A stretch of DNA of 32,526 nt, taken from Octopus bimaculoides (lineage: Eukaryota). The notes below the pieces were generated by a model that was given only the letters and a program-made list of their open reading frames with translations, was not told the DNA's origin and ran no database searches. Both the position numbers and the translations under genes were made by a program. The DNA lies in contig NC_068998.1 in assembly GCF_001194135.2 (NCBI RefSeq), forward strand, positions 19,684,656-19,717,181. The letters run 5' to 3'. Positions 31,037 through 32,526 of this stretch are shown one piece after another (position 1 is the first letter of the stretch; every line of letters begins with the position of its first letter).

Positions 31037-32526
31037 AAACATTTTAATGAATGAAATTTTAAAAAATGTAACTTCTAGAACTCTGTGTTAAAAAGAAAAA
31101 TATGTAAAAACGCTGCTCAAAAATGAGTAATTAAAACATTTTCTCTGAAAGACTATTTAACAGATTTGAGCTTGAGCAAAATGAGAAGTGTTTTAACGAA
31201 GTGTCTTTTTTTTTTAAGATAATTCTATAGTTTAATGAGAAATATTATTATTCTACCTCCAATATATTTTAGTAATTTGTCTACATCTTAGCTGAAGATG
31301 ACTCAATGAATTCTTAGATTGAATTTCTCATTCCGATTAATGATTTTTTATATTTTTTGCATTTTTTTTTTTTTTTTGATGGTGATCTTGAAATCAGATA
31401 AAGCATAACATTACAAAAAACAAGCCAAAACCCATCACTTTTTATAAATATTATAACAAAGAGTAATAATTGCAATGGAACAATGACATTTTTTTTTTAT
31501 TGTATGTCATCATCATCAGCATCCTTTTACATCTGTTTTTCCATGTTGGCATGAGTTGACTGAGTCTCATCACTGGTTGTGTTCTGCACTACTTTGCACA
31601 CAGAGCAACAGAAACCAGCCAAAATTATTGTTGTTTTGATGTCTTGTAGTGTGGATTAGGTGCATTTTATCATGCCACTACCAGCACTAGAGATGTTGTC
31701 CCATGCAGAGGGGGGAATGAAGCAGCACCCTTTACTTTGAATCAGTTCTTATTTGGAGTTACTGCCCTCCTAGATAGCTTGTAATGAAGCTTGCAGCACC
31801 CATGCCTTCTGCATTCTATTTTGTTGTATGATTCCTATTGCTTGATGATCATCCTATCACCAACCACTATATAGAATGTACTTGGTGTATTTGATCATAT
31901 TATTGGCTCAAGACAAGTTGTCCTGTACCAGATGACTAAAAAGATCATGCTACCCTTTTATCAATTCCTCTTCAAAGTTACTACCTCCTAGATGGGTAAT
32001 CTACATTATAAATTGTGCAGCCAATTATTATATGCATATTTCAAAATATATATTCTTGATCTTCATTTCTCCACCTGATCAATGCTCTCTGAGCAAGAAA
32101 CTCAGAGTGGCATCAAAGTGCAGATGAGAATCACCAACTTTGAATGAATAAACTCTACTATATGTATTAAGTACTTTCTCCATTTATACTCTCGAAAGTG
32201 TGTGTATATACATATGATTATATTATATCTTTTTTTTTTTTACCTCTATAAAAATTTAGTGCTATGTACTGTTTTAAAGTTAATCTCCATATTGCATATG
32301 TGTGTTTTGAATATATGCTATTATGTACATAGTTTTGTGTGTACAGAAATTTGATGCTGAATATATTGTAGTGTATGTATTTATAAATGATCGTAGATTG
32401 AAATGAATTGCTGTATTATTTGTTAACTGTATGTGTATGCAAGTGTATATACATATATATTTTATATATATATATATATATAAAATATATATATATATAT
32501 ATATATAAAATATATATATATATATA

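Noticed and set aside
30981-31090. Poly-Asn read-through extension of RAP74
   Set aside because: The double TAA TAA stop makes read-through unlikely; the Asn run is just a (TAA)n microsatellite.
1-32526. CRISPR array, prokaryotic operon or novel defence system
   Set aside because: The DNA is spliced eukaryotic sequence; its periodic repeats are SINE arrays and microsatellites with no short repeat/unique spacer pattern and no cas-like ORFs.

Overview
Eukaryotic, AT-rich, repeat-dense animal genomic DNA with four N-gaps. The repeat repertoire suggests an octopod cephalopod; this is inference, not proven. Two intron-containing housekeeping genes lie head-to-head. (1) + strand: a complete 13-coding-exon GTF2F1 (TFIIF alpha/RAP74) orthologue, ATG 12569 to TAA 30980. 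I checked every GT-AG junction and phase by hand; the exons sum to 1515 nt (504 aa + stop). (2) - strand: the first four coding exons of a GPATCH4-like G-patch gene (ATG 9730; exons 9676-9730, 8237-8310, 6148-6228, 1163-1249), which continues off the left edge. The introns hold tRNA-derived SINEs, RTE-LINE 3' ends, TTAA piggyBac-like MITEs, mariner and hAT remnants, R4/Dong-like and Tx1-like LINE fragments and microsatellites. Nearly all other ORFs in the track are spurious. I see no evidence of a new multi-gene system. The most interesting signals are: an apparent filled/empty SINE-insertion allele pair assembled in tandem beside GTF2F1 exon 4; a 27-bp fold-back hairpin inside a mariner fragment; SINE tandem arrays separated by repeated target-site-like words; inverted repeats bracketing in-frame GPATCH4 exons; and an unresolved GPATCH4 5' end that may use an exonised LINE fragment.
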